NCBI GenBank assembly: GCA_039545335.1 | Contig: BCIN01000005.1 | Coordinates: 958,641 to 1,022,640, forward strand | Origin: Kondoa subrosea | Lineage: Eukaryota | Direction: 5' to 3' | Length of the DNA stretch: 64,000 nt | In this document: positions 62,517-64,000 of the stretch, piece after piece | Numbering within the stretch: the stretch's first letter is position 1 | How the letters are laid out: each line of letters opens with the position of its first letter | Program-made: the position numbers and the translations under genes | The notes under the pieces: generated by a model | Seen by the model: only the letters and a program-made list of their open reading frames with translations | Told to the model about the DNA's origin: nothing | Database searches by the model: none

Positions 62517-63387
62517 ATGTCCCGCCTAGCCTTGAGACTATTACCACGCTATGCTGCCAGTTCAACAGCAACAACAGCTCGATCAATCTTGTTACCCGTA
62601 GCGTCCAGCTCTAAAGCACCAACGAAAGCTTCCTTCTCCACTTCTGCTCGTTTGTCTATTTTTCGAATCCTCGCTCGATTTCAGAGATTGAATCAGAATA
62701 ATAGCGCTGCAGCATGGTGGTTTAGAAGCTGGCAGACCAGCAGCAGGCACAGGGTATTGCACAAAACAACGACATGCCCAGACATACAAATCTGATGATA
62801 TAAATTGCAGGATCAAAGTCCATTTCAAGAAATCCAATGGAGATCTCATCGATACAGTTGAAGGCAACGAAGGGGATGATTTGGTTGATTTAAGTCAAGA
62901 GTACGATTTAGATATTGAAGCTGCTTGCGAGAAATCTTTGGCTTGTTCTACTTGTCATGTTATTCTGGAACCGGACATGTATGATCGATTGGAGGAACCA
63001 TCAGATGAAGAAAATGATATGTTAGGTAAGGAACGACTGCTTGTGATAGGGAGGTTTGAAGCAAGACTGATTCGGTTCGATCCAGATTTGGCTTTTGGTT
63101 TGACGGATACGTATGCTCTGTGTTCTGATATCGTTACACAATTCTCAATATCTTACAGATCACGGTTGGGCTGTCAAGTTAAGCTGACGAAGGATATGGA
63201 TGGTATGGTAGTCAAACTTCCGTCAGCAACACGAAATGTAAGCTTCCTCGCTCCGTCTTCAGTGACCAGGTACTGATTCGAACGCGTCTTCAGATGGCTG
63301 TAGAGTAAGTTAGGCAAGCCCCTCGCGCAATCACCGATCAGCTTATCGTGCTCTTCTTCCAGCGGTCACAAATCCAGTCATCATTAG
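62517..63387 (+). CDS. YAH1: Mitochondrial adrenodoxin-like 2Fe-2S ferredoxin
   Basis: Arg/Ser-rich presequence; ACEKSLACSTCHV, EENDML|DLAFGLTDT|SRLGCQ, LPSATRN. Confidence 0.95.
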
Positions 63388-63603
63388 TAGATATTGTGAA
63401 ACATAGCATAATCACTGCTCTAATAGTATTGCTGCCGAGTGTGATGTATCCGACAGTTTCACCAGCATCAGAGAGGCACTTCACTTGCAAGGTGATCGAC
63501 CTTCTTCTCTTGTCGACGAACAGGCATATCCAGGTTTCGCGATACCACTGAGAGGACCGTACTGCTGTTATTGCGTTGATCTATATATCCCTTATCTTCG
63601 CCA

Positions 63604-64000
63604 ATGAGCTCGAAAGCGAACGCAAAAGATCGTATTGTGCGTTTCTTTCACCCTCTGATTGCAGCTTTCGTATTGACAGCCGACGGTCCAGCGAATCGCA
63701 CTCGCGCTCCTCTTACTTGATCAACCAGGCTCCATCGAATCATCTGTTGCTGCTCTTCGTGCTCAAATCGCAAAAAAACGCATCACACCTGCAAGTAAAG
63801 ATGTTTTACTTGGATTTGCTTCTGTTGAACCTACTCAAGCTCTTGCTGGACAATTAAAGAGGACTATAGAACAAGTGAATGATTTGAAGAATGAATTACA
63901 AAGTAAAGAACTTGGTGAGTCGTCCAGCCTTGGACACCAGATGCCAAAGAATAAGGCTTATTAAGGGATTCATAGAGCTGCAGCAATTAAGATCAAAGAA
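63604..64000 (+). CDS. Hypothetical coiled-coil protein, truncated by the window end
   Basis: MSSKANAKDRI|PTVQRIALALLLLDQPGSIESSVAALRAQIAKK...LKNELQSKEL, then a GTGAGT intron. Confidence 0.55.

Noticed and set aside
1..64000. CRISPR arrays, rRNA/tRNA genes, transposons, and the many antisense ORFs in the track
   Set aside because: No repeat-spacer array, cloverleaf, rRNA signature, transposase/RT motif or terminal repeats were seen; most short ORFs are shadows of spliced genes.

Overview
This is eukaryotic, gene-dense fungal DNA with short (~45-65 nt) GT-AG introns, a few GC-AG introns and CTRAY-like branch points. It is most consistent with a basidiomycete, possibly Pucciniomycotina; that placement is inference. 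The ORF track is misleading because almost every gene is spliced, so I rebuilt about 35 gene models by hand. Recognisable conserved genes: YOS1, NMNAT, a CAF16-like ABC ATPase, eIF6, SHMT, a PCL5/CLG1-type cyclin, signal peptide peptidase, ribophorin I, a NADAR-like protein, a TDP1-like protein, an SmgGDS-like ARM protein, a Tim17-family protein, an SRPBCC protein, P5C reductase, two RING ligases, kinesin-1, Pumilio, a GAF protein, an isochorismatase, a YBP1/glomulin-like protein, LSM6 and mitochondrial ferredoxin. The first 19 kb is an accessory-like zone with three F-box-like genes and BTB, ankyrin and zinc-finger genes. I found no rRNA, tRNA, CRISPR array or recognisable transposon. Most notable observations: (1) a hidden 12 x 9-aa His/aromatic repeat plus a Cys-motif tail, in frame behind a single TGA in a protein with a myristoylation motif; (2) frameshift and splice lesions in two of three F-box genes, one with a possible rescuing cryptic intron; (3) a cyclin upstream region with a uORF and four Gcn4/Cpc1-type TGACTC sites; (4) a likely dual-start SHMT; (5) a lipid-anchor-motif, apparently degenerate NADAR next to TDP1; (6) a dense UGUA cluster in a 3' UTR; (7) a recurring C-to-G skew switch inside long exons. 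All family calls come from motif recognition, not database searches.
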